A DNA stretch of 64,000 nucleotides, taken from assembly GCF_032444005.1 (NCBI RefSeq), contig NC_091285.1, positions 617,024,001 to 617,088,000 of the forward strand, in the 5' to 3' direction. The notes beneath the pieces are model-generated. The model worked only from the letters and a program-made list of their open reading frames with translations. It had not been told where the DNA came from and searched no databases. The DNA comes from Ranitomeya imitator. Taxonomy: Eukaryota. The position numbers and the translations under genes were made by a program. Within the stretch, counting starts at the first letter, position 1, and each line of letters opens with the position of its first letter. Of the stretch, positions 28,122 through 38,796 are shown one piece after another.

Positions 28122-28508
28122 AAAAAAACAAATAAATACTCACCTCTCTTCTTCCTGGTTCCTGCGCTGCTCCCGCTGATCAGTGCGTCAGATACCGACA
28201 CTGACAGGGGGATGATGGGAGAAGGAGCACAGCGCTCCTCCCATCATTGCGATCAGCTGTATCGGCTAAATGCCGGTACAGCTGATCTTCCAATGACAGG
28301 CAGGGGGCCCACTGCTGGCACCGGGCCCCCCCCGCCTGCTCAGGGGCTCCATAGCACCAGAGCAGGGAGATCGATTCTCCCTGCTCTGCCGTAGAAAGTA
28401 ACTGTATCGGCGTGCTGCACGTGCCAACACAGTTACAGTAACGTAGCTCCGGGTGGACCCCCTCAGAGCTCCCTCTGCCTCCCCGGTAGCTACGCTACTG
28501 GTAGAAAG

Positions 28509-28599
28509 TACTACATTTCTAATTGGAGGTCTTTGCTAATATTATTATTATTACACCTACTACATATTGGGATAAGATCTTGGAGATGGGAATACCCCT
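28509..28599. mobile_element. T2/Kolobok-type MITE, right arm (continuation of 7705-8127)
   Basis: TTTGCTAATATT...TTATTACACCTACT.CATATTGGGAT...AGATGGGAATACCCCT|TTAC is the reverse complement of the 7705 arm. Confidence 0.8.
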
Positions 28600-30399
28600 T
28601 TACAGGAACCCAAAGTCCCCTCTATACCTTAGGGTATAAAAGGCATATGGCGGGTGGGGGCACAGTCAGAGACTTTACAAGCTGCGAGTGACACCACTGT
28701 CTTGAATGACCAGTCTCTACTAATCATTTGACAACAGGCCCCAATAAGGATCCACATTTTAGTCTTCATTGTCCAAAATATGAAAACCAGGCAATAATTA
28801 GATTTTGGTGAAAAGACAAATCTTCTTGTCTCGACACACGTTTATCTACACGTTCTTCCAGAGAGTAGAAAGCTCTTGTGCATAAAATAAAGTGATGAAA
28901 ATCTCGGAGGGCGCTCAGCGGAGTTCTAACAAGCATGGAAAACATTCATTAAAAGAAATGTGAATGACAAGTGTCAGAGTCTGAGAAAGTGAAGTGGGAT
29001 CCGAGCTGAGGAGAAAGGCTAACACCTTAATGAAATGTAAAATGATTTTGATAGGTAGACATTACTGCTAAGTGAAAAGGAGAATAATAGGAAGTCAGAT
29101 GGAATGACAGGAGTGACAGGGGGGCTTTATTGGAATCGGTATAAGTATAACTATAATGAATATCTAGTAATAATGGTGGCAAGAGGGAAAGTTGCGGTAG
29201 AGGACGGGTATTATATGTTGGGCGGAATGCAGTAAAGGAGTTGTCCAGTGAAGATCACTTATCACATATCCACTGGAACGATTATTATGTAATACGATGG
29301 GGGCTAGGCTGCAGGGAGCCCACCTATCTGCAGAATGCCGCTCTCGTGGCCCATTAGAATGGAGCCGCAATTGTTATGTCCGACCACTACTGCTCCCGGT
29401 GCTGCTGGAAAAACCGAGTGCAGCGCTCGGCAGCCTCATCTAGAATGAATTGAGCATGTGCAGTACAAATCTATTCTAAAGGGGATTTTATTGATACAAT
29501 TTTGAGATACATATGATGCTTTTTAATGCAATTTTTGGGGAAAGTGCAATTAGCGAAAGACGGCAATTTGTGTCTTTTTTTATAGGTTACCTAAAATTAT
29601 ATTTTCCAAAAATTGGACTTCTACAAGTGCAACCATACCAGGTATGTTTTTTAGAAAAACTTATAAATATAGAAACTTAGTAGTATAGCACATGCGTGAT
29701 TACAACTCTGTTCATTTGTATGTGTCTTTGGCACTGAAACCACAGCTTCCTCAGGCAGTCAATGGAGCAATGGACATCTGTGCTTTACTGCTCCGTTCAT
29801 ACAAGGAACATGGAATCTTTGCTCTCCTAATTGATGGGAATCCCAACTTTCACCCCTCCAACCATCATACATTTATCACCAAAGCTGACCATGCATATTT
29901 GATTATTGTGAGCCAAACCCACCAGATTTGGGTGACCTATCAACCAACTTATGTGCATTTGGGTCTTACAACTATCCTTGATTTGTAGATGTCTGGTATA
30001 AGAAGGATCTTATAGTTGGACTTTGACTTTACTGATTCCTTTGTTTTCAGGGGTGAAATATAGTTTACTTGTCTCCTCCCATTGAGAACCCATAAATGTT
30101 TGGTCAAACATAAGGTTCATGTCTGTTAGAGATAGAGGGTCAAGAGAGACACCTGTCAATCTGTACCCAAAATGTGAAACTTATTCAATTACGGTAATTT
30201 TCTTTATGTACCTCTTTAGGAGAAAATGTTCCAACTTCAAGAAATTGACAGCCAGCTTTTTAGTAGGTAACCTACACTATAAGGCCAGGTTTCCATGTAT
30301 CTGGCCCATCAATATTGGCTTTATGTCAAAACGGCATCAGTTTTCATCTGGCTTTTTCATAAGATACTACTTGTGAACTGGATCAAAAAAATGCAACAT

Positions 30400-30875
30400 T
30401 ATGGGGTCAATTCATCATGCGAGGATTTTTCTTCTTTAAAATTAATTTTCTTCTCTTGACTTGCGGAATTTGTTGACTTTCTTCATATTGTAGCACGTAT
30501 TTTATGAAATGTGTGGAAAATAAAAAAATAATCTTTACCTTCACTAACTTTTTTGGCAATTTTTTTACTACAAAAGTCCCATATTAAAAAAAAAAATTAC
30601 GCAAAATTTGCTCTACAAAAATTCAAACTTGCATAAAATCACTCCAGGGGGTGGGGTACTGGAGGGCATTTGCTTAATTTTTTCAAAAGTCATAATTGAT
30701 GAATCAGCCAAAAAAATCTGAAAACCACAAACACCCATAATGACTAATATAAAAACACAGGCAAAAACTGTTAAAATGGTATTTAAAAAAGGGTGCAAAT
30801 TAAAGAAGAATAAGGAAATGAATGCAAATGAAAAATAAGTGAAAAAAAAACAATGATAAGGCGTAAATGCAATGA
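30400..30875. mobile_element. Decayed MITE-like element
   Basis: Begins GGGGTCAATTCATCA. Inverted TTGATGAAT and ATGATGAATA motifs occur at ~30697 and ~30871. Arms are poorly conserved. Confidence 0.35.
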
Positions 30876-32325
30876 TGAATAGTGTTTTCTGATCCGGCTC
30901 TTTGAAGAGTGTAGTGCAACAACTGATGCTCCAGATTCATCTCAATGGTCCCACAACGATCTCAGTGACCCCATTCTGGCATCAATTTTACTTTGGCATT
31001 TTCCTGCCTTTAAGGAAACTGAGATAATAGAAATGTGAACAAAAAATAAGGATGGATGACTGGATAACTGGGAATCCGGCATAGTCAAGTAGAGGGGGTC
31101 CATTCTCCGATTAGTTCTTTGGGAACATTTTCCGTTGTAATTCCCAATATCGGCCCTTATTTATGTGTGGAATTGGACCTCTCCTTCTCCCAACTCTTCT
31201 GATCCTGTTATTAGAATAATGAATTTCTCTAATGTCTTAGGCACCAAAATTGGAGCAACCCGTTGAGTTTCCCCAAGTGATGTTTCATTTCTAATGATAT
31301 GTGTGAACCTGAAGCTTATTACATGCGGCCCCCAATAAGCCGGAGTTGTCCTCTGGCAGCATTAATGTGATGCCAAGGTAATTTAGAAGTATTTTTGTGC
31401 AAGATAACAGTGCCTCGTCTGCCGCTGCACTCACTTAACCTCTCCTCTGATTCTAATTACAAGACATCCGCATTTTCACTTTGTCGTTCTGGCATTTCGG
31501 CAGCTTCCAGGAGGAAGGAATATATAAAAATGTAACCTTTAGCTGCGGGGCACAGGTCAGAATTATTCAGAAAGCGGCACTGAGAAGATGTATGGGGGCA
31601 TTGTGCCGAGTTTTTAATAGGTTTTATTTAAGGAGAAAAATGTCCTTACTTCCCCTAACCTCCAGAGATTCCTCAACCCATTACTCGCCTTCTTCTAAAA
31701 AGCCATTGATTCTTCCCTCCTAATATCCTCAATCACAATAATGGTTGGATGATAGAAAAGTTGAGGTTGTTTATTAGGGTGAATTTGCCCTTTTCTTCAT
31801 TATTATTGGGTTTAGGTCGAACGTTACCACTTATAAGTGTAGAATGGGTTCCACTTATATTGAAACTAGAAGGGTGGCATCCATCAGTTCCAGGTGGAGG
31901 TCCTAAGCAGCAATATTCTTACTTCGGTGGCTTTTAGGTCGCTTTTTATTATCCTTCCTCCTGATCTGATGTTTAAAAGTTCAATCTGTGGCAAGAAATA
32001 TGTCTTAAGAAGGTTTTCCGACCATTAGAAGTGCACTGCTGGCATATCTCTAAAGGTGTGGTCACAACATTTTTATGCTATGTGCTGCCACAACGTTTTG
32101 ATTATAGAGAGAACTAAGTACCCTATGTTATTTACATGTACTATTACTATTTACTTCGTTATTTGCTGTAGGGTACATGCTCATTTTGTTTTTTTTTTAT
32201 TTTTCTTTGGTTGTGATTACTGTATAGACAAGTATAGTCTTCGTGAGAATGAAAGAACTCTACAGAGTAACCTTGAAGCAACCTACCAATTCACCTCAAT
32301 AAGTAGACCCCATTGTTCCTCTGGC

Positions 32326-32395
32326 TGGCTGGATAGACGGATGGATGGATATATTGATAGATAAGAGATACTGTAGATATGATTGATAGATAATG
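32326..32395. repeat. GATA/GATG microsatellite
   Basis: GGATAGACGGATGGATGGATATATTGATAGATAAGAGATA... Confidence 0.8.
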
Positions 32396-32585
32396 TACTA
32401 TGACTTTTGCCTCACTGGGTCCTGTGGTCCAGCTATGAAAAAGCATGGCACGTCCCGCCACCTCCGCGGCTCGTAGAGAGAAAATTTATTATGTCTGGCC
32501 TCCCTTCGAGAGAGAAAACTGCTAAAGGGCCCCTGCAGAGCCAGCAAAAATTGCTTGACATTACAGGAATCCTTGTTTCTTTCAG

Positions 32586-32639
32586 GTGATGGATTTCTCC
32601 ATGATACATGACTTCGATGAGGAAGGGAGAATGGCAACT
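32586..32639 (+). other. Candidate 54-bp in-frame exon (VMDFSMIHDFDEEGRMAT); host gene unknown
   Basis: Acceptor TCCTTGTTTCTTTCAG| and donor |GTGAGA. Length is divisible by 3 and only one frame is open. No homology recognised. Confidence 0.2.
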
Positions 32640-32702
32640 GTGAGAATTTAGAACCAACTATTATAACATTTCGGATCATATCATAATATGGTGTGATCAT
32701 AT

Positions 32703-33350
32703 ACACTGCTCAATATTAAAATTGCAGCATCAAGAAGGAAATGTCATGGAAATATGGATATTACGGGATGGATAGAATTGTTATTGATAAGCAATTGATG
32801 AAAAAAATGGAGAAAAAATGTTCAAAACAAGTTGATTTAGTCAACATCAACTATGAGGGCAACACTCAAAAATGTCACCATTGCACATCCTGGCTGCTAT
32901 AAGTGAGGTTACTAATGGTTGTCTGAGGAAAGTTCTGCCAAGCTGAATGCACTTGGGCACAGAAATAATCTAGATCTGTTTTTGACAGCACCCTTTTACA
33001 ATTTGGGACCAATGTCCAGAAGTGATTAATGGTAAACAAGACCGAAGATGCTGCTGGCCATGATAACATGTTTAGGCCACACAGGCTCCTCACAGTAGCA
33101 CAAGCAACATGACTACTGTACAATATATCACCTTACACCATAATGCCAGGAGCAGGACAAGTGTGATGTTCCTTCCTGGTGGTCTGCAGACCAATCTCTG
33201 CCTAGCATTTCATCACTGCAGAGGAATGACCCTCCATGCCAGCCTCCATTACTGTCTTACTCTGCACTATGATTGCCTATGAGAGCAGTGGCATACTGAT
33301 AGGCTTTGACCATTGGTAAGATCAATGAAGTACCTGTAGCTGGATGTCTG
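32703..33350 (-). mobile_element. Decayed Tc1-like element (a third Tc1 family)
   Basis: TA|CACTGCTCAATATTAAAATTGCAG resembles a Tc1 TIR. The minus strand near 33000-33070 shows a degenerate WPA..PDLSPIEH.W-like motif. Confidence 0.45.
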
Positions 33351-33360
33351 GCTATGTTTG

Positions 33361-34206
33361 GCACGGAACATCATACCAACAGTAAAATGGTGGAAGTGTG
33401 ATTGTCCTGGGCTATTTTGCTGCTTCAGGACCAGGAAGACTTGCTGTGGTGACTGGAACCATGAATTCTGCTGTCTAGCAAGAAATCCTGAAGGAGAATG
33501 TCCGGCCATCAGTTTGTGACCTTAAACTGAAGCGCACTCAGGTTATGCAGCAGGGCTGCAGTGAGAATCTGGAATTGCTTGCCTGAGGAGGTGGTGATTG
33601 CGAACTCAGTCAAGGGGTTCAATAGAACCTGGATGTCTTCCTGGAGCAGAACAATATTGTATCATACAATTATTAGGTTCTGTAGAAGGACGTAGATCTG
33701 GGGATTTATTATGATGGAATATAGGCTGAACTGGATGGACAAATGTCTTTTTTCGGCCTTACTAACTATGTTACTATGTTACAATGATCCAAAACTGACC
33801 TTAGCCCAATTGTGGTATCATGTCATGACCTTAAAATGGCAGCTCATGCCCGAAAATCCTCCAATGTGGCTGAATTCTGCAAAGATGAGTGGGTAAAAAT
33901 TCCTCCAGAGCGTTGTAAAGACTCTTTGCCAGTTATCGCAAAGGCTTGATTGCAGTTGTTGCCGCTAAGGATGGCCCAACCTGTTATTAGGTTTAGGGAA
34001 CAATCACTTTTTCACACAGGACCCTGTAGGTTTGGATTTCTTTTTCCTTAATAATACAAACCTTCATTTATAAAGTGCATTTTGTGTTTACTTGTGTTAT
34101 CTTTGTCTAATATTTACATTTGTTTGAGGATCTGAAACATTTAAGTGTGACAAACATGCCAAAAAATAGGAAATCAGGAAGGGGCAAACACTTTTTCACA
34201 CAACTG
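33361..34206 (+). mobile_element. Frog Prince-like Tc1 element, 5'-truncated, interrupted by CR1
   Basis: Degenerate NIIPTVK-GGSV..GYFAASGPGRLAVV.GTMNSAV.QEILKENVRPSVCDLKLKR..VMQQ|DND coding remnants. Right TIR ends AGGAAGGGGCAAACACTTTTTCACACAACTG. Frog Prince similarity is recalled from memory. Confidence 0.85.
33555..33780 (+). mobile_element. CR1 LINE 3' end (5'-truncated)
   Basis: Encodes AVRIWNCLPEEVV.ANSV.GF...LDVFLEQNNIVSY, typical of the CR1 ORF2 C-terminus. A 3' UTR follows, ending in the 8-bp repeat ACTATGTT ACTATGTT. Confidence 0.8.
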
Positions 34207-34850
34207 TGTATATGTATATAGAGAGACATACATTTCTATACCATACATTTGCTGTATTTGTGTTCCACCGTACAGCTGTGTAATTTACTATAATGTTATA
34301 TCATCTTTGAGACTTATGTGACAGGTCAGCACTATATGAGACCACTGGGTCCTGACCTCTGCAGTGTAATGAAGAAGCACGTAAGACATTGCTATGGAGG
34401 TGTCCCCTGTTATGGGACCTAATGAATTGAGCCTTTTGTTTGCAGATAATATGTCCCTTGACCTGTGGCATCAGGGATACTTACTAAAACAAACAGAAAA
34501 TGGTGACAAGTATCAGAAAAACTGCGAGATGGAGAATGTATTATGGCTCAACGTGACCAATACTGGTTAGGACAAGTATCTTTGTTTTTCTACCCATCTT
34601 CCATCCTCTTATATATTGATGTTTAGGATGAGGACTTGTTCCTGTGAAGCAGGTCAATGCATTCATGACATAAGGATAATATCACCTTGAATTCTCAGCA
34701 GTCTTCCCCTTGTCCTTCTCTGTTAGTCCTCCTCTCACTCACACTGATAATATTAATTAACATATTAATGTATAAAGCCCATACATATATTCCTATACAT
34801 ACTTTTCCTCTATTTGGGACGTTTTCCCTATGGCCTTCTGTATTAGTTCC

Positions 34851-35033
34851 TTAAAGTGGATTCCCATCATAGAAAGTTATGGTATATAACTGGAAAACTC
34901 CATAATTATTCACTCATAGGTGTCCTGAATCCATCAGTTTTTCTCTTGCGTAGCAATGCTACCGACTGATCAGTGAGTAATGGTATGTCTTAGCTGTATG
35001 CCATAATTTACTAAAATGGAAAAACCTATTTAA
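34851..35033. mobile_element. Small T2-type MITE
   Basis: TTAAAGTGGATTCCCATCATAGAAAGTTATGGTATAT at left; imperfect inverted GTATGCCATAATTTACTAAAATGGAAAAACCTATTTAA at right. Confidence 0.45.
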
Positions 35034-35282
35034 AGTAGATCTGTCATCACATTTTACAATGCAAACTAGATGCATTAATCAGTAGATATACTAGACTTGA
35101 TGTGGCTAGTGTACAGAGTCGTAACCTTAGTCTGATGGGCCCCAGTGAAAAATTTGGCCCTGGGCCACCACCTGCGTGTTTGTCAGATTTATGGGCCCTT
35201 GTAAGCTTTCTAAATCCTATAAAGACATAAGTGTTCACCCTTCCCCCTTCATGATGTAGCAATATTCCACATCCCTGGCCCC

Positions 35283-36465
35283 TTCATGGTATATATGTCC
35301 CCCATCCTGGCAATCTTCCTGGTATATAAGTCCTCCATCCTGGGTCCCTTCCTGGTATATATGTACTCCCTCCTGGGCCCCTTCTTGGTATATATGTCCC
35401 CATCCTGGGCCCCTTCCTGGTATATATGTCCTCTATCCTGGGCCCCTTCCTGGTATATATGTCCACCATCCTGGGCTCCTTCATGGTATATATGTCCTCC
35501 ATCCTGGGCTCCTTCCTGGTATATATGTCCTCCATCCTGGGCTCCTTCCTGGTATATATGTCCTTCATCCTGGGCCCCTTCCTGGTATATATGTCCTCCA
35601 TCCTGGGCCCCTTCCTGGTATATATGTCCTCCATCCTGGGCCCCTTCCTGGTATATATGTCCTCCATCCTGGGCCCCTTCCTGGTATATATGTCCTCCAT
35701 CCCGGGCCCCTTCCTGATATATATGTCCTCCATACTGGGTCCCTTCCTGGTATATATGTCCTCCATCCTGGGCCCCTTCCTGGCATATATGTCCTCCATC
35801 CTGGGCCCCTTCCTGGTATATATGTCCTCCAGCCTGGGCCCCTTCCTGGTATATATGTCCTCCATCCTGGGCCCCTTCCTGGTATATATGTCCTCCAGCC
35901 TGGGCTCCTTCCTGGTATATATGTCCTCCATTCTGGGCCCCTTCCTGGTATATATGTCCTCCATCCTGGGCCCCTTCCTGGTATATATGTCATCCATCCT
36001 GGGCCCATTCCTTGTATATATGTCCTCCATCCTGGGCCCCTTCCTGGTATATATGTCCTCCATTCTGGGCCTCTTCCTGATATATATGTCCTCCATCCTG
36101 GGCCCCTTCATGGTATATATGTCCTCCATCCTGGGCTCTTTCCTGGTATATATGTCCTCCATCCTGGGCTCCTTCCTGGTATATATGTCCTCCATCCTGG
36201 GCCTCTTCGTGGTACAGTATATCCTCCATCGTGGGCCCCTTCCTTGTATATATGTCCCCCATCCTGGGCCCCTTCCTGGTATATATGTCCTCTATCCTGG
36301 GCCCCTTCCAGGTACAGTATGTCCTCCATCCTGGGTCCCTTCCTGGTATATATGTCCTCCATCCTGTGCCCCTTCCTGGTATATATGTCCTCATCCTGGG
36401 CCCCTTCCTGGTATATATGTCCTCCATCCTGGGCCCCTTCCTGGTATAAATGTCCTCCATCCTGG
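35283..36465. repeat. 33-bp minisatellite, segment 1
   Basis: Unit GTCCTCCATCCTGGGCCCCTTCCTGGTATATAT; gives the periodic MEDIYTRKGPR and MSSILGPFLVY ORFs. Confidence 0.97.
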
Positions 36466-38796
36466 CAGGGCCGGCTCCAGGTTTTCGAGGGCCCCGTTCG
36501 AAAGAGTCTCAGTGGGCCCCCCCCCCTTTAACACATACTCCGATTTATGATGCACAGATACGGCAGAGAAATGTATAGTACAATGCCAGATTTCACTTCT
36601 TACATGAGTGACAGCTATTGTAAATTCTGCAGTGTATATATACAGGACAGGAGGAGTGGTACTGTGCAGTGTATATATACAGGAGGAAAGGTGCTGTGCA
36701 GTGTATACATAAAGGTGCTGGGCAGTGTATATATACAGGGGGAAAGGTGCTGTGCAGTATATATATACAGGGGGAGAGGTGCTGTGCAGTGTATATATAG
36801 GAGGAAAGGTGCTGTGCAGTGTATATATACAGGGGGAGAGGTGCTGTGCAGTGTATATATACAGGAGGAAAGGTGCTGTGCAGTGTATATATACAGGAGG
36901 AAAGGTGCTGTGCAGTGTATATATACAGGAGGAAAGGTGCTGTGCAGTGTATATATAGGACAGGAGAGGTGCTGTGCAGTGTATATATATACAGGAGGAG
37001 CGGTACTGTGCAGTGTATATATACAGGGGGAGAGGTGCTGTGCAGTGTATATATACAGGGAGAGAGGTGCTGTGCAGTGTATATATACAGGGGGAGAGGT
37101 GCTGTGCAGTGTATATGTACAGGAGGAAAGGTGCTGTGCAGTGTATATATACAGGAGGAAAGGTGCTGTGCAGTGTACATATACAGGAGGAGCGGTACTG
37201 TGCAGTGTATATTTACAGGGGGAGAGGTGCTTTGCAGTGTATATATACAGGGGGAGTGGTACTGTGCAGTGTATATTTAGAGGGGGAGAGGTGTTGTGCA
37301 GTGTACATATACAGGAGGAGCGGTACTGTGCAGTGTATATTTACAGGGGGAGAGGTGCTGTGCAGTGTATATATACAGGAGGAGCGGTACTGTGCAGTGT
37401 ATATGTACAGGGGGAGAGGTGCTGTGCAGTGTATATATACAGGAGAGGTGCTGTGCAGTGTTGTGAGCAGGGCGTTGTTGTATGAGAAAATCTTTTCTGT
37501 TTTGAGTTTTTCTATGAAACAAAGACTTTTCTACATAAACAACGTTGTTTGGTTTTGCGGCCCTAACAGATCTGTGCTACAAAGTAACAGGCGGCTCGGG
37601 CATTAGAAGCTCATTAAACGCCTTCCTGTCCCGAGCAGTCATGTACAGTATGGGGGGATCCTGCAGCCCACCCCCTGACTGCTCCATAACATACACTGCC
37701 CTCTGTCGTGCTCACTATTATCCTGTGCATTTCTCCTTCATCGTTACCCCATGTTACACTTGTCACCCCCCACTACAGAGTAGCAGGGCAGCCAATGTCA
37801 CCCCCTCCCGGACCCTAATGGCAGCAGGAAAAGTCTGCTCCTCTATTGGGTTGGAACCTGATTTAATCAAGGAATAATGTGGATTTGTTGCCGGTGGCTG
37901 CAGGGGAAGGGTTAAGTGATGCCATGTCCTTGGTGGGAGCAGTGGCAGCTGCTGGGACCTGGACAGACACAACCAATGTTGCTGTGACTGCACAGTGTGA
38001 CCTGGAGGAGAGAAGCTGAGACTCCGGAGCAGAAATCACCCACATGCCAGCACTGGGCAGAATCCCTCCAGTCACCAGCCTGGGGCCACGGGGCCCCAAC
38101 GTACAGCCCACAGCTCAGTTTTATCCATGGCAGCAGCTCCCCTTCCTCCTGGCATCTGGTTAACCCCATTTATGCGGGTCGGATTGTTATCTTTAAGGTT
38201 TAGCAATAACCTTCATACAGATGGGAAGGGGTTAAGCTTCTTCCTACCCCACTGGTGCAGGTTCGGGTGCGGCATGCATGTATTCTGGGAGAGCTGGGTG
38301 GCTGCAGGTTGCACCCCACCAGCTGCTCCTCCAGACATCACCCACATTTTTAGGCAGCGGAGACAGACAGCAGCAGACTGAGCCATAAGACCAACTGCAA
38401 TCACTGCTGGATACCTTTGCACTCACTCAGGCACTGGTAGGAGCTCCTCCAGAATCTGCCTGATAAGTTCAGCTCAGTACTGCAGCCAGGCACCCAGGGG
38501 CGGAGATCAGAGCAGGAGAACGTGCTCTCTCCGCCCACAAACAATGTCACACTGGCTGCCTTCTCTTAACCCCTATGTGTGCCTGCCTGGCTGCACTGAC
38601 TGAGTGAGAAGATCCTTGTGTCAGAGCTGGCACATAGGGGTTAAGAGAAGGCAGCCAGCAGTGACTTTGTGGGCGGAGAAAGCATGTTCTCCTGCTCTGC
38701 TCTCCCAGCTGTATCTATGACAGCGTGAGTGGGCCCCCCTCTCTTCCCAGGGCCCCGGCATTTGCCCAGGTGCGCCGCGTGCTGACGCCGGCCCTG
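36466..38796. mobile_element. Nested non-autonomous hAT-type element (2,331 bp)
   Basis: TIR CAGGGCCGGC at 36466 and GCCGGCCCTG ending at 38796. Perfect 8-bp TSD CATCCTGG (36458-36465 and 38797-38804), derived from the host minisatellite unit. Confidence 0.93.
36627..37460. repeat. ~32-bp minisatellite inside the nested hAT-type element, ~26 copies
   Basis: Unit GTGCTGTGCAGTGTATATATACAGGAGGAAAG and variants. Confidence 0.95.

Larger units (their letters stand above)
8128..28500. mobile_element. Giant non-autonomous hAT-type DNA element (20,373 bp) filled with two minisatellites
   Basis: Left TIR CAGAGGTGTAGCTA; right TIR (reverse complement) CAGTAGCGTAGCTA, 11/14 identical. 8-bp TSD GTAGAACG (8120-8127) / GTAGAAAG (28501-28508), 7/8. 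The flanks rejoin into one palindromic T2-MITE. No transposase is visible. Confidence 0.8.

Noticed and set aside
13010-28201. About 100 short minus-strand ORFs (MGCCLITG..., GVLPYYRICL...)
   Set aside because: A 32-bp period cycles through frames and generates these peptides; there is no splice or domain evidence.
36547-37606. Cys/Tyr-rich 195-312-aa ORFs
   Set aside because: Translations of the ~32-bp minisatellite in the nested element.
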